From: Podarcis pityusensis
Lineage: Eukaryota
DNA length: 64,000 nt
Direction: 5' to 3' (one strand)
NCBI GenBank assembly: GCA_964106645.2
Contig: OZ067040.1
This document shows positions 12,237-23,996 of the stretch, in pieces. Within the stretch, counting starts at the first letter, position 1; every line of letters starts with the position of its first letter. The notes under the pieces were generated by a model. The model was not told the DNA's origin. It did no database searches and worked only from the letters and a program-made list of their open reading frames with translations. Both the position numbers and the translations under genes were made by a program.

Positions 12237-15200
12237 TCCCTCCCCCCCCCCCAAGGTGGCTGAGATGTATGGGTATTTTTGGTTGAATTAACTCAATTAT
12301 ATTAATATTATGTAGGCATAACCGACTGGCAATTACTGACATTTTAAAAATTGATATCTAATCCATATTTGGCAAATTGCTAAATTCTTTGGCGCAGAAT
12401 TTTCTTTGTAGCAAGGAGTTCCATAGTTCCGCTTTCCTTAAGCTAAATACAGACAATTTGCTCTGGAGGCATTGTGACTCAGCCTCCCCAATTTAAGCAG
12501 AATTTGCTGCTCCAGAAGCACTTGGGTTGTTTATATTTCCCCCTAACCACTCTCATATGCCTCCCCAACTATTTTTACCCATATCCTTATTCCCCACCCC
12601 AAACTCCCAGTTTCTTTAATCTCTCCCACCTGGTCCTTCTACATCCATGCTACCCTCCTCTTTTATCCATTTTCCTTTCTATTCCCACTTTGCATTTTTA
12701 TTGACGTTATTAATAATATAATAAATACTAATGTTTCCCCCCACTTTCTAATTTCCTTCGGCACTTCATCTGGCCCCTCTGTTTCCTTCCCTTATCTTCC
12801 CACCCCAAAATTATCTGTCTCCCAGCCTCATTTACTCAGTATGCAGCGAGTTATGGCATGCCTAGGGGACGGAGTAGGCAAGTGAGGAAGCATTTAGCAG
12901 GCCGATGCTCACCTGGAAGTGGCCCAAGGCCTATTGGTGGGTCTTGATCCACAAAGGAACACTGGTCAAAGGCATATTCTATTCCAGGAGTAGCTTCCAG
13001 TTGTTCTTGGACTACAGCCCCAGCCAGCCAGCATGGCCAAAGGCAGGGATAATGGGAGTGGGAATCCAATGACATATTGAGGGCACTATTTGGGCTACCC
13101 CTGCTCAGAGAAATAAATGTTTTGAGTGGCATGATTTAGGGCAGTGTGACCAGTTTTGCCGCACTGGGCACCGAGCCTAGGGGGTGCTGCAGGGCATGGC
13201 AACCGTGAAGTAGTGAATTAAGCAGAACAGAAGGTGAGAGGTGATGGGGGTGTGCGTGCCAGATTTTGGCCTCTCACAGGCCACTGCTGCTGAAATGTGA
13301 AAGACCAAACTCTGCCTCTGATCCAATTGGGTCTGCCTGTGTGCCGAATGGACCTCTCTTCATGGAATGGGCCTTCTTCTTCCTCTCCTCCCTCCTGCAG
13401 TTCACCTCACATCCTCAGATCTGCTTCAGAGGGTATGGGGACCTGACAAGCAGATCTGGGGATGTGGGAGGCAGTTGCAGGAGAGGAGGAAGTGGAAGTC
13501 CTGTTCACTGAGCTGATGTCTACTTGTGTCATGTTTCGCTATCACTTTTCAACATTACTATACAAAACTGAATACTATGTTTTATTTTGAAACTGAGTAA
13601 GATGTTTAATACCTTTTACAAAGGTTTAATATCTTTCATTAAAGCTCAATTCACTTTTAACAGGCCCTGCTTTCATTTCTGCGTAGATCAAAGACTTTAA
13701 CGGTGGAGCATTTTGTACATAATAACTCTTTTGAATTAGTATCACAGACTCCCTGAGGTAAAGTCCAGGTGAAGAAGCAGTGAACTGTGAAGCTGCCTTA
13801 GTTGCAGTTTCAGGTGACCTACATTTGCCTGGAAATATGAATAATATTGTGGATTTTAAATATAAATCCCTTTCATTACTTTCGCCTGGTACAATCTGCA
13901 TCTGACATAGTGGATAATGATGGGGGGTGGTGGTACTAAATATTATGAGCAAACCCATTGAACAAAAGCTGATGAACTGGGTGTGCCTTGGGCTATAATT
14001 CACTCCTCCTTTACACCAAATAGTCCTTGGGAGGTTGGTGAGCAGGCTCCATAATGACTAGCTTGGAGCCTCTGTTTCTAAGGAAAGATGACTGATGAAG
14101 GGAGCCCTAGGATTATTCTGATGATTTTATGGAGATGGAAGACATACCAATTTACAGAGCTGAAATATACGTGGTGGGATTTCTAAATGAGGATGGGGAG
14201 ACTGCAGAGAAGCTAAATGAATTATTTGTGTAGTTTTTCACTGCAGATGATGTTGGACAGCAGCTACTCATACCTGACCCAGTGCACTGAGTACATGTCT
14301 ACTCAGAAGTAACCTCATTTGATTCAATTGAGCCTACTCCCAGGTAAGTGTATCTAGGATTGCAGACTGAATCTTTGTTTCTTTGGAGAGGGTGTCAGAA
14401 AAAAACTGACTGAAATAGAGGTTACAAGATATCACAGTAGAGATCCACATATTAACTCATCTATTTTTTAGATGTTTAGTTTTAAATGTATGGCTCCATA
14501 GTTGAAAAAGTTGCCAAACAAATCTGTTTCTGTTGTAGATTTTTTTTTTTACTGAGGCTGCATACACACATTTTATTCTAGAATCAATGAAGGCTTGCTT
14601 TTTTTCTACATAGTCGACACGTAATCTAGATCTATTGCTTATTCTCTGCCTCTGAAAAGTGCTTTTTGAGAAATGGGTTTCATCCGAGAAAAAAAAGTTC
14701 ATTGCAGATTGATTCTGCATTACTCAGCAGTGTATCCATTTGAAAACAGATGTAGGTGGCCCCAACAAGGTGTCTGCATGTATTCATGCCTGTCCAATAA
14801 TGTTGTAGATGGACATAACCCAAGATTGCAATCATCACATCCTCCTTCATTCACTTAGGGCATGAGCAGGGAAGAAAAGGCATGGATAGCCTAATCAAGC
14901 CCCCCCACCCCAATGCATATCAAGTAACTATGCCCACCCTGGGGATAGGGTTAGCCTAGGATCAATTGTAGATTGAAACCAGCATGTTGAGGAGGAGCAG
15001 GAATTAGTTTGGAATGAGGAAAAACTACACTTTTGTGCTACAAATGGGTTAGCACATATGCAGCCTAAAATGCAAAGTTTGTCCTTGTGGTAAATGTAGG
15101 TTACAAATTAATTCAAACACAGCTGTCCTTTACTTCCTTAATGCATTCTTATTTCATATCTTTATTCAACATTTTAGGACATACATTCTAAGTCAGTGCA

Positions 15201-15511
15201 CCCACTTCCTTCTTGTTGAGTCTGGGCATGCAAGAACACAGATTGCTATGATTAGGCAATGAGGTGGCTGGATATTTGTGAGTATTAGAAGCAACTGACT
15301 GTAAGCATAGTCAGAATGGGTTTCATTCACAGATGCAGCAGCACAAGTTTAAAAATGTTTCATTGCAAGGAAACAGTGTGTGTGTGTGTGTGTGTGTGAT
15401 TTTAAGTAGTTGTCCAAGCCATTAATGCATTGAGAAAGATACTTATTCAAATTATCTCCCCCCCTTTTAAAAAAAAAAACCAAACCTCCTAGCTTATCTA
15501 GTATATCTAGA

Positions 15512-16085
15512 TATCATGAACTGGCAGGACCATGGGGAGGAGAAAGAGGATCCCAGCAAGGGGTGTAGCTGAGACTGGGAAATACTGGGGCAAGCTGGAG
15601 ATGGGGAAGGAGAGGGTGGTGTAGGAAGTACTCACAGGGTGAGGGAATGGGGTCAGTGCATAGGAACCCAAGCAGGACCCAAAGCTAGAGCCAGAGGGGC
15701 CTAGAACGGACTCTGAGGTGTAGGGAGCAGCCAGAGTGGTGCTCTAGGAGGCTGAGGCAGACAAGACCCAACAGTCTAGCCCATTAGCTGGCCAGGTGAG
15801 ACTCACTAGCCCTGGGAGGAAGTGTGTGATTCCTCAGCTGGAGGAGGCCTGGAACAGGTGAGGGTTACATGCCTCATCAAGCCCAGATGCTGCAATCAGC
15901 ATATGAAGGGAAGTAGAGCTGAGGTGCTGTGTCTGCTCAACTGCCCATGTTGATGAACCTCAACTTGGATGCCCCAGGATCTCTGCTGGACTGTGCTTCA
16001 GTTTGGACTTTGGACATGTGGATTGACCCTGGACTGGGGGTTTGACATACTGACTTGCTGCCAGGTAGGCCAGGGGCTCAGGGCA
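15512..16085 (+). mobile_element. Degenerate solo LTR (574 bp)
   Basis: Perfect 5-bp TSD CTAGA (15507-15511 / 16086-16090). Termini TATCATGA...TCAGGGCA resemble a decayed TGTCATGA...TCATGACA. G-rich composition differs from the flanks. Strand is tentative. Confidence 0.7.
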
Positions 16086-17903
16086 CTAGATGATTTTTTT
16101 TGTAGTATTTTTAATTATTTCATAAAATCTAAAATGTAGTTGGGGCAAATTTTCTATTCATTGATTTGGGAATGAGCAAGTGTTCCCTGCATATGAGCAC
16201 AAGCACTGAAGGATCTTCACTATAATTAAGTAAGATTGTTTTTTGATACATCTGCACCTGTATTTTTTCCTGTGTAAGAAATCTGCCATTGAATGAAATC
16301 TGGCTGCGCTTGGCACTTCTGAGCAAGTGGATGCTAGTCGTACTCTGTTTAGCAGAATCCTATGCCCATGAATTCAGAGGGATGCCCTGTTAAATTGATC
16401 TTGATTGTACCTGTTATGCTGGTATATTTTTATTTTTTTTGTATTTTTCTTGCTGAGTTCTTATGATTTTTGTGGTAAGCTTATTCACAATGTAGAGCAA
16501 TATACATATTTCTAAGTGAAGGAAGCAATAAGAAATGGAACACTTGCTTTGCAACCCTGCACTGATAAAAGCAGTGGAGTCTTGTGACACCTTAAAGACA
16601 TTTATATTGTAGCATAAGCTTTCATGGACTCGTGTCATCGTTTCGGACCAGGAATCCTTGAATGCAAAGTCCTCTTACGATGGTTTGAATTAGAAAAAAA
16701 TGTACCCATTCTTTATCTTGTTCCTTGCATTAGTAGCATTTATTAAATTTACACCCGGCTCTTCCTCCCCAAGGAGTCCAGGGCAGCAAACAGATAGTTA
16801 AAAAACAAAAGCAAAGCAAAAACATTGAGAAACAGTTAAAACATTCCAAAAACAATTTCAATTAAAAACAGTCCAAAAGAAATAACACTTAAGAATATAC
16901 TTTTATTTGATGATCTCAGGGGTATTGTTGGTATTATTAGTTGCTTGTTACTAAAGTCTACCAGTGACTTATGTTTGAAACCATAAATACAGTTTTCCAT
17001 AAAAAAATTCATAGAAAACATTAACAAGCTCATACAATTCTTACATAATTACATTCATAACCTGCCCCCCTATAACAGCTGCAGGAAGCTTTGACAGCAC
17101 ATTAACAAGAGAAGGAAAAGCCAGCTTAGTCCATCAAAGATCTGGGCTAGGGGAAAGCAAGTATTTCCCTGACACCAACAAGATGTCTATGAAGGTGCCA
17201 TGCAGACCTCACTGGGGCGAGCATTTGACAGATGGTGGGCCACAGCTGAAAAGGCCCTCCCTCTCTTTATGGCTCCTTTGGCATCTGCTTGCACATACGT
17301 GCTTCTCTCAAAATGGCAAGGTGGCTTGGAAAACATCTGCAGGCAGCGCATTCACCTGCAAAAGGCACCTAGTGACTTCCCAGGCCTGAAGAAAGGAAAT
17401 GCTATTGGACTGGTTACCTCTATTAGCCTCTGCCAGTCATGTCAAGCCCCATCTATTTTTTCAGGTGAGGATATATTGCAGGGCGAATGCCTTTCTGCAT
17501 GCAGTCAGAAGCACCAGTGTTAAGCAATCCCTACCATCTCTGCCCCAGGAGCGAACCTGTCCCACTGTGTCACTCAAGCACAAAGGACATTTTCCTTTCT
17601 CTCTGTGACTCATAAGGTGACTTGCAATGCTCTCGCTCCCTCGCTCCCTCGCTCCCTCCCCCAAATCTCTTCTGCTCCAATAAATTCTTGTGTTGGAGCC
17701 ACTATGCCGCAGTGAGAAAACTGCTGAGTTTCTTACTGTAATATCATTTACAATTAGTTTGCATGATTTTGATTATGCTCCCTACAGAAACATATTTTCA
17801 GCAATGTATTTGTAGCTGGCTTGCAATGGTCCTGCATGATCCACAGTGTGGAATAACTGCTTTTATGCCTGTGACATTTATGTAGAATATTTCCAAACCT
17901 CCC

Positions 17904-18237
17904 AACCACAGAGCCTAGGACTTGCCAATCGGAAGGTTGGCGGTTCAAATCCCCGCGACAGGGTGAGCTCCCGTTGCTTGGTCCCTGCTCCTGCCAACCT
18001 AGCAGTTCGAAAGCACGTCAAAGTGCAAGTAGGTAAATAGGTACCGCTCTGGCGGGAAGGTAAACTGTCTTTCCGTGCACTGCTCTGGTTTGCCAGAAGC
18101 GGTTTAGTCATGCTGGTCACATGACCCGGAAGCTGTACACTGGCTCCCTCAGCCAATAAAGCGAGATGAGCGCCACAACCCCAGAGTTGGCCACGACTGG
18201 ACCTAATGGTCAGGGGTCCCTTTACCTTTACCTTACC
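17904..18237 (+). mobile_element. Sauria SINE (Squam1/POM-like), 5' truncated
   Basis: B-box GGTTCAAATCC, recognisable body (GCCAACCTAGCAGTTCGAAAGCAC...AAATAGGTACC), Bov-B-like tail and (TTTACC)n end. Confidence 0.9.
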
Positions 18238-19313
18238 CCCCCGCCCCAGCTCAGCTGCAAATATTGCTGAGAGGATTTCACCCATCACGGCTGATCTGTG
18301 TTGAGTGAAATGCACCCAATAGTTTTTCAATGGTAAAGTTTATATAGAGCGATGGGCAAACTCTGCTGGTTTTGATTTAGAATTAGGCTTAGTAAGTCAC
18401 ACACCAGTTCCCAAAAGTACATACATGAATCAAAAGCTCTTTTCCACGCTCCATTTCTGAATATGGGGAACCCCATCATGCTCTCCATGATGTCACAGGG
18501 AGCACAATTGCCTTTGTATTCCACGAATCACAGTCTGCCGATGAACCCTCTTACTGCTTCTTTTCTTCCTCCTAAACTTACGCAGCCAAAAAGTTCAGAG
18601 CATGTTTTGCTCATTGTTATTTATGAGGACTGGCAAACTCCCCCCCCCCCCCGGTATTCTGTAAATAACAGGACTATGAAACATTGCAGTTAGTGAGAGA
18701 GAGAGAGAGAGAGAGAGAGATGGTGGTGGTGGTTTTCTGGATTTATGCATTTCCCCCCTTTATTTGGTCTGTGAGTGACATTATATATTTGCATTTAGCT
18801 TTTCCTCCCTGTAGGTAGTGTAAATTATCCTCCCCCTGTTTATCTTTACAACAGCCCTGTGAGGTAGGGTAAACTAAGTAAAAATATGTACATAAGCAGC
18901 AGCAGTTCTTGCCAATGGGTACTGATGGTGCAGGGCCCCCAATCCATATTTAGCATTTTAGGGCCGTGAAATCTTGTTTGCATCTCTGTGGCCTTCTACT
19001 CATGCTTCTCTCACACATTTTACTGGGTTGCCCCAGCCACTCTAAGCAGCTTCCAACATATATAAAAACGTAATAAAATATTAAACATTTAACAAAACTT
19101 CCCTACACAGGATTGCCTTCAGATGGCTTGGGGGTCTGATAATGCCTTACCCTGAAGGGAAGCTCTGCTTCTGCACATGACTGTGGCATGATGGGAAGTC
19201 CTGCCTCTGAGCTTTTCTCTGGCATGATGGGAAGTCTTGCTTCTAAGCTTTTCTCTGCTTCTGCACATGCTGCACAACCCGTTCTAAATACCAAGACATT
19301 CCCTCATCTCCCT

Positions 19314-19741
19314 AGAATGTTCAGTTCATATTAAGTTCATGAAAACAATATACTCTGACCTGTTCTTAATGCATAGCTGACCACATCTACGGAACGCGAT
19401 TATTATATTCTTTCATGTTATGATCAATCATTAGTAATTGTTTTAGTCTTGCTATATCAATCACTAAGTATAATTTAATTAGGAGGTTTCATGCCTGTCT
19501 AGTTCTGTGCTCCCTTTCCCAGCCTTTAATCTATTGGTGATTAATGCCTATATGTAACCTTTGCTTTGTACTTGTGTTAACCAATCAGCAACAAGTTGCT
19601 TTGTGTTTGTGTCAACCAATCAGCAACGAGCGCACCTGTGGCAATGTTGTAATATTCAATAAAAGAGTCTCCTCGGGGCTGGCTCGAGAGATGCCTCTCA
19701 CATGACACTTGCTACTCGTCTGTCGTTATTTCAACCCAACA
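19314..19741 (+). mobile_element. LTR-like insert abutting a hAT-like MITE remnant (19745-19865)
   Basis: Duplicated AACCAATCAGCAAC CCAAT boxes, AATAAA at ~19658, end ...CCCAACA, retained CpGs. The 5' boundary and TSD are not clean. Confidence 0.45.
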
Positions 19742-22700
19742 TCACCCTTCAATGAAAATAGGGACATCCTAAGGAAAAGTGGGATATTCCGGGATCAAAT
19801 AGGAAACTGGGATAGCTTCTCCAAAGCAGAGACGTCCCCGAAAAATAGGGACACTTGGAGGGTCTGTGACAACTCACTGGGTGCTTAATAAACTTTCTGA
19901 AAAGGGCTCCCATCCTATCCCACTTACCAGGGATATAAGTATCACTGAATTTAGTAGGACTTACTTCTGAGTAGATATCGTTAGGATTGTGCTGCTTTGT
20001 TGCCTGCCTGGGATAGCAAAAATGTGTGTATTAAGTAGCCCTGGGAAGGCACAGTAGTGTGTCATGTTTCTCTTTTCCTTTTGTGGGCGATATTCATAGC
20101 ACAGCAACATTCATTTTCAGTTTCTTACGACACCCTGGCATTTTCATCAGCCTGTTCTTTGTCACTTGAATTTGTTTATCTGTAAGGAACATTTTCTTTC
20201 ATGAGTTTCTTCACTTCATTTCCATTTCTGATTGTTCAAATAGTGTTAATGGCCCGTCAGCTTTGATAGGCGAGATCTTGCACTGAATTAATGCTCTAGG
20301 AAGAAAGACATGCTGACAACCTGAATTTTTGAGATCTAGTTTTGCAGTCAGTTGTGCTATGATTTTGGGCTTCTTGGAATGAGTGATGACAAGCTATCAC
20401 GCGATATACACTTAAGTGGGGTCTTTCAAGCTTCTGTAGGAGGATGCAGGATCTTGTGCGAGATCTACATGGGCAGAGTGGTAGAGGACTTAAAACCTTC
20501 AGCCGTTGAGCAGACGGGGGCCATGTTGGTGTCTATTATCAGGGGGACTATAGATCAACTAAAGTTGTGATGTCCAGTTTTAACTTTTAGAAAAAATGGT
20601 CTTTAGCCATGCTACATAATTATCTTTTTGGGGGGGAAACATTTCCCCATCACTTGAGTTTGTTTATTGTAGATATTTCAACAATGCTGTCTTAACACCT
20701 ACCTGAATCAAGCTGGACAGTGTGGGCTAATGAATCTATTGTTAATTCCTGAGTATTTGCTGCCCTCTGCAGCTGAAACGGTTTATTAGCTTGTCAGCCA
20801 TTCAAATACAACCCTGCATCAATGACTTTCCAAGCTCTTTAAAGCATGCCCTTTTGTCTTAATGCTGTACCGACGCTGCTATTGCTATCGATTAAGCAGT
20901 ACCCATCCAATAGTCTTTCTTGACATAATGGTAGGGAGAGGAATCCTTGGAAATGATATCACAGACTTGGGCACAATACAGAAAAGGTTGAGATAACTTC
21001 CCTACAAGGAAAGAGTTTGAAAACCTGCTGGGGGAAAATGAGGTTTGTACAGGGCTTCCAACTATTTATTGTGCTCACTTGACTGCTTCAGTCTGTGGAA
21101 CTGGCACTGGTACAGGTCACACACAATACTCATTCTGTAGTTGTAAGAAATTGATTTTTTAGCGTGATGGCACCTACAATTTGGAACTTCCTGCCTGACG
21201 TCAGGCAGGCACCTTTGCTGTGCTCTTTTCGGTGCTTGCTTAAAACATGTTTGTTTAGGAAAGCCCATCCAGAAATGTGATGTTGGCAAGTTTTAATCAT
21301 TTTTAATTACCTTTTAGTGATCTTTAACTGTTTTTAATTGTTTTTAATAGTTTTCATTGATAATTTTAACATTTCCAGTAAACTGCTTAGAGGTTTTACT
21401 ACAATCAAGTGATGTATGCCAGGTGGCCCAAAAGTAGGCTTACAGAAGTTGGTATACAGTTGAAGGAAGGAAATTCCTCACAACAGATTATATGGGTACA
21501 CATAACTGACACCCAACAAAGTGACTGTTAAATTTTAGGCTGGCAGTTGGAAAGAATAGTGGAGTCAGGTAAAAGGATTATTCTTCTTTACTGATATTGT
21601 GAATGATGACAGCGAACTTGAGTCAAGAACAAAGAAAGTGGATTTTAAAAGCAGTATACCTACTTTTGGGGGTCCCTGTACACTTTGCTATTTTAATATT
21701 ATTATTATTTATCTGAAGTAACTAACATGGGAAGCTTCCTTATACTCATTGTTATGAGCTGCCAGTACACATTTCTTGATAAAAGTGGTGTGGGTGTTGG
21801 CACAAAATGGCTGCCATGGGCAGCAATAAAAAGCAGAGGAGGTATTTCATAGCAGTGAGAGCCTGCATTTAAAAAAAACCACACCACTACTTGCACTGTA
21901 TCAGACCATGGGTCCAGCTAGTTCTGTGTTGTCATCACTGATCAGTTACCTTTTAATACCCATTAATAACTGCTTTGAATTTAAAACTGGAGAAAGATTT
22001 CCCAACATAATAATATTTGGAACGGAGGTTCGAATCCACTTGGTAGCTGTAGGTCCAGAATGAGGGTTCCCACAGAGCAACAAATCGTGAGCGAAAGGTG
22101 AGATTTGGCATGTGTGCCTTGCAGTTGCTGCTCCGTGCTGCTCAGGTTCCCGGATTTTTCAGAGGGTACCGAAAAAGGCATTGGACAGAAGGGACAGGAA
22201 TGTCCTTGAAAGAGGTACAGAGCTGTTAGCTTTGTACACTGGGATTGTTATTGCTGGCCTGGTCTTCTGGCGTGACAAGTCACATAGTGAATGGATGAAA
22301 GGTACATCCAGTTTTAGCCTAAGGGAAAACCATCCATCTGGGTCATTCTTCAGTTGAAGAATTGCTCTGTTTTTTATATCTGGCAAGGGACAGACAGGTC
22401 TGTCTGCAGAGAGAATTTCTTAGCAGGAACAGATGGAATCTGAAGTAGAAGATTTCTCTTCTCTTCCAACACTTCCTATTAATAGTTAATATTTCAGCCA
22501 CTCGTGTCTGTTTCAGATATCTGTAACAGTTTTAGGTCTGCAGGTAGCAGAGATTTAGTTATTCTCATAATAGTATTTCTGTCCCACCTTTCCTCTTAGC
22601 ATAAAATTCTCGAGGTAGCTTACAATGCAAATTAAAACACAATATTACACAACCGTCTTCCTGCAGGTGGATCTGAAATTACAGCCTGTCTCAGGTTGCC

Positions 22701-23313
22701 ATCCAAACAAAAACAACTTCTTATTGGTGTCAGGGCATCTAGCTTCCGAATCCATTGTCCTGAATGCACCTTGTCTCTAAAAATCCAATTACAGTGGACT
22801 GAAAGCCATTTTCTCATGTTTGATTTTAAAGGTTTCTGATTTTTAAAGCTGCTTTTCTATCCTTTTCAGGCACCATCCTGTGATTAGCAGTAATGTGCTC
22901 CCCTCTTGTGTAGCTTTCACTTTTAAACCAGGGCATCAGCACCAGCTAGCATAATACTAATACTAATACTAGTATTATTTATACCCCACCCATCTGACTG
23001 GGTTTCCCCAGCCACTCTGGGCAGCTTACAGCATATATAAAAACATAGTAAAGCATCAAGCATTAAAAACTTCCTGATACAGGGCTGCCTTCAGATGTCT
23101 TCTAAAAGTTGTGTAGTTCTTTATCTCCTTCACATCTGAAGGGTGTTCCACAGAGAGGGTGCCACTACCAAGAAGGCCCTCGGCCTGGTTCCAATATCAG
23201 GAATAGCAAGAGCTGTACTGATTCCCCTCGTTTAAACTAATCAGAGTTTCTTTGGGCTTACGCTGCTCCTTTGTGACATAAAAGTGTGACTTGCTGCCTT
23301 AGCCATCCCTATC

Positions 23314-23345
<32 letters not shown>

Positions 23346-23350
23346 GGGGG
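23314..23350. repeat. Compound microsatellite (GT)n(GA)n plus G-run
   Basis: Directly visible immediately left of the Copia 5' LTR. Confidence 0.9.
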
Positions 23351-23353
23351 TTT

Positions 23354-23683
23354 TGTTGGTTTCTGCTTTCCTTCACTGTGCAGCGAAAGGGCTTGTCACG
23401 AGACAGGTGTTTACATTCCACAGTCTGTACTGTTGGAGTTTCTCACGGGAAAGGGAGGCTGGATGTGACGTACACTGGTTTCCTGTTTTTCACTGTACTT
23501 TGCAGTTTCACTTTGTGATTCTCTCCGAGCTGTCGAGGAGAGAGGATGCATTTTTCTGCTCCGGCAGAGGCAAGATGTCTTTCTGTAATATACCAGCTTT
23601 GAACTGTAAATAAAGCAATATAGAGTATGCAGCACGTACTCCTCATCCTTCCGCTGGGCACGAGACTCTGCTTTAAATCAACA
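23354..23683 (+). repeat. 5' LTR of Copia element (330 bp)
   Basis: TGTTG...CAACA inverted termini; AATAAA at 23609-23614; CRE-like TGACGT at 23466. Direct repeat of 28079-28408 at offset 4725. Confidence 0.97.
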
Positions 23684-23686
23684 CGT

Positions 23687-23701
23687 GGTTATGGGCTCCA
23701 G
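23687..23701 (+). other. Primer binding site complementary to the anticodon arm of tRNA-iMet (half-tRNA type)
   Basis: GGTTATGGGC(T)CCAG versus GGTTATGGGCCCAG, the reverse complement of CTGGGCCCATAACC in metazoan initiator tRNA-Met. It starts after a 3-nt spacer (CGT) downstream of the LTR. Confidence 0.85.
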
Positions 23702-23996
23702 AAGTCGAATCGGAGTGCCGGCAAAGGATCGGAATGCAGAGGGACAGATCGGAACGGAATCTGCTCTGCGCGTAAAAGTGATTGATGAGGTATGTGCTAC
23801 TGCTCCGGGCAGCCTGCCAGCTTCTAGTTAATGGCTTTATGGCTGGACTTTGAACTTTCAAAGCCGTTTTGCCGGGAATAGGCAAAAGGCTCCCAGGCAC
23901 AAGTTACTATGCTGGGGAAATCGAAAGTAACTTTTAAGTGCGCTTTTGGAATAAGGCAGCTGCAGCAGTGACGCAGCAAGATTTAAAGCAGCATAT

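Noticed and set aside
21990-22360. CpG-containing unique segment with donor-like AAG|GTGAGA as a possible exon
   Set aside because: No convincing acceptor or frame and no recognisable peptide; cannot be supported from sequence alone.
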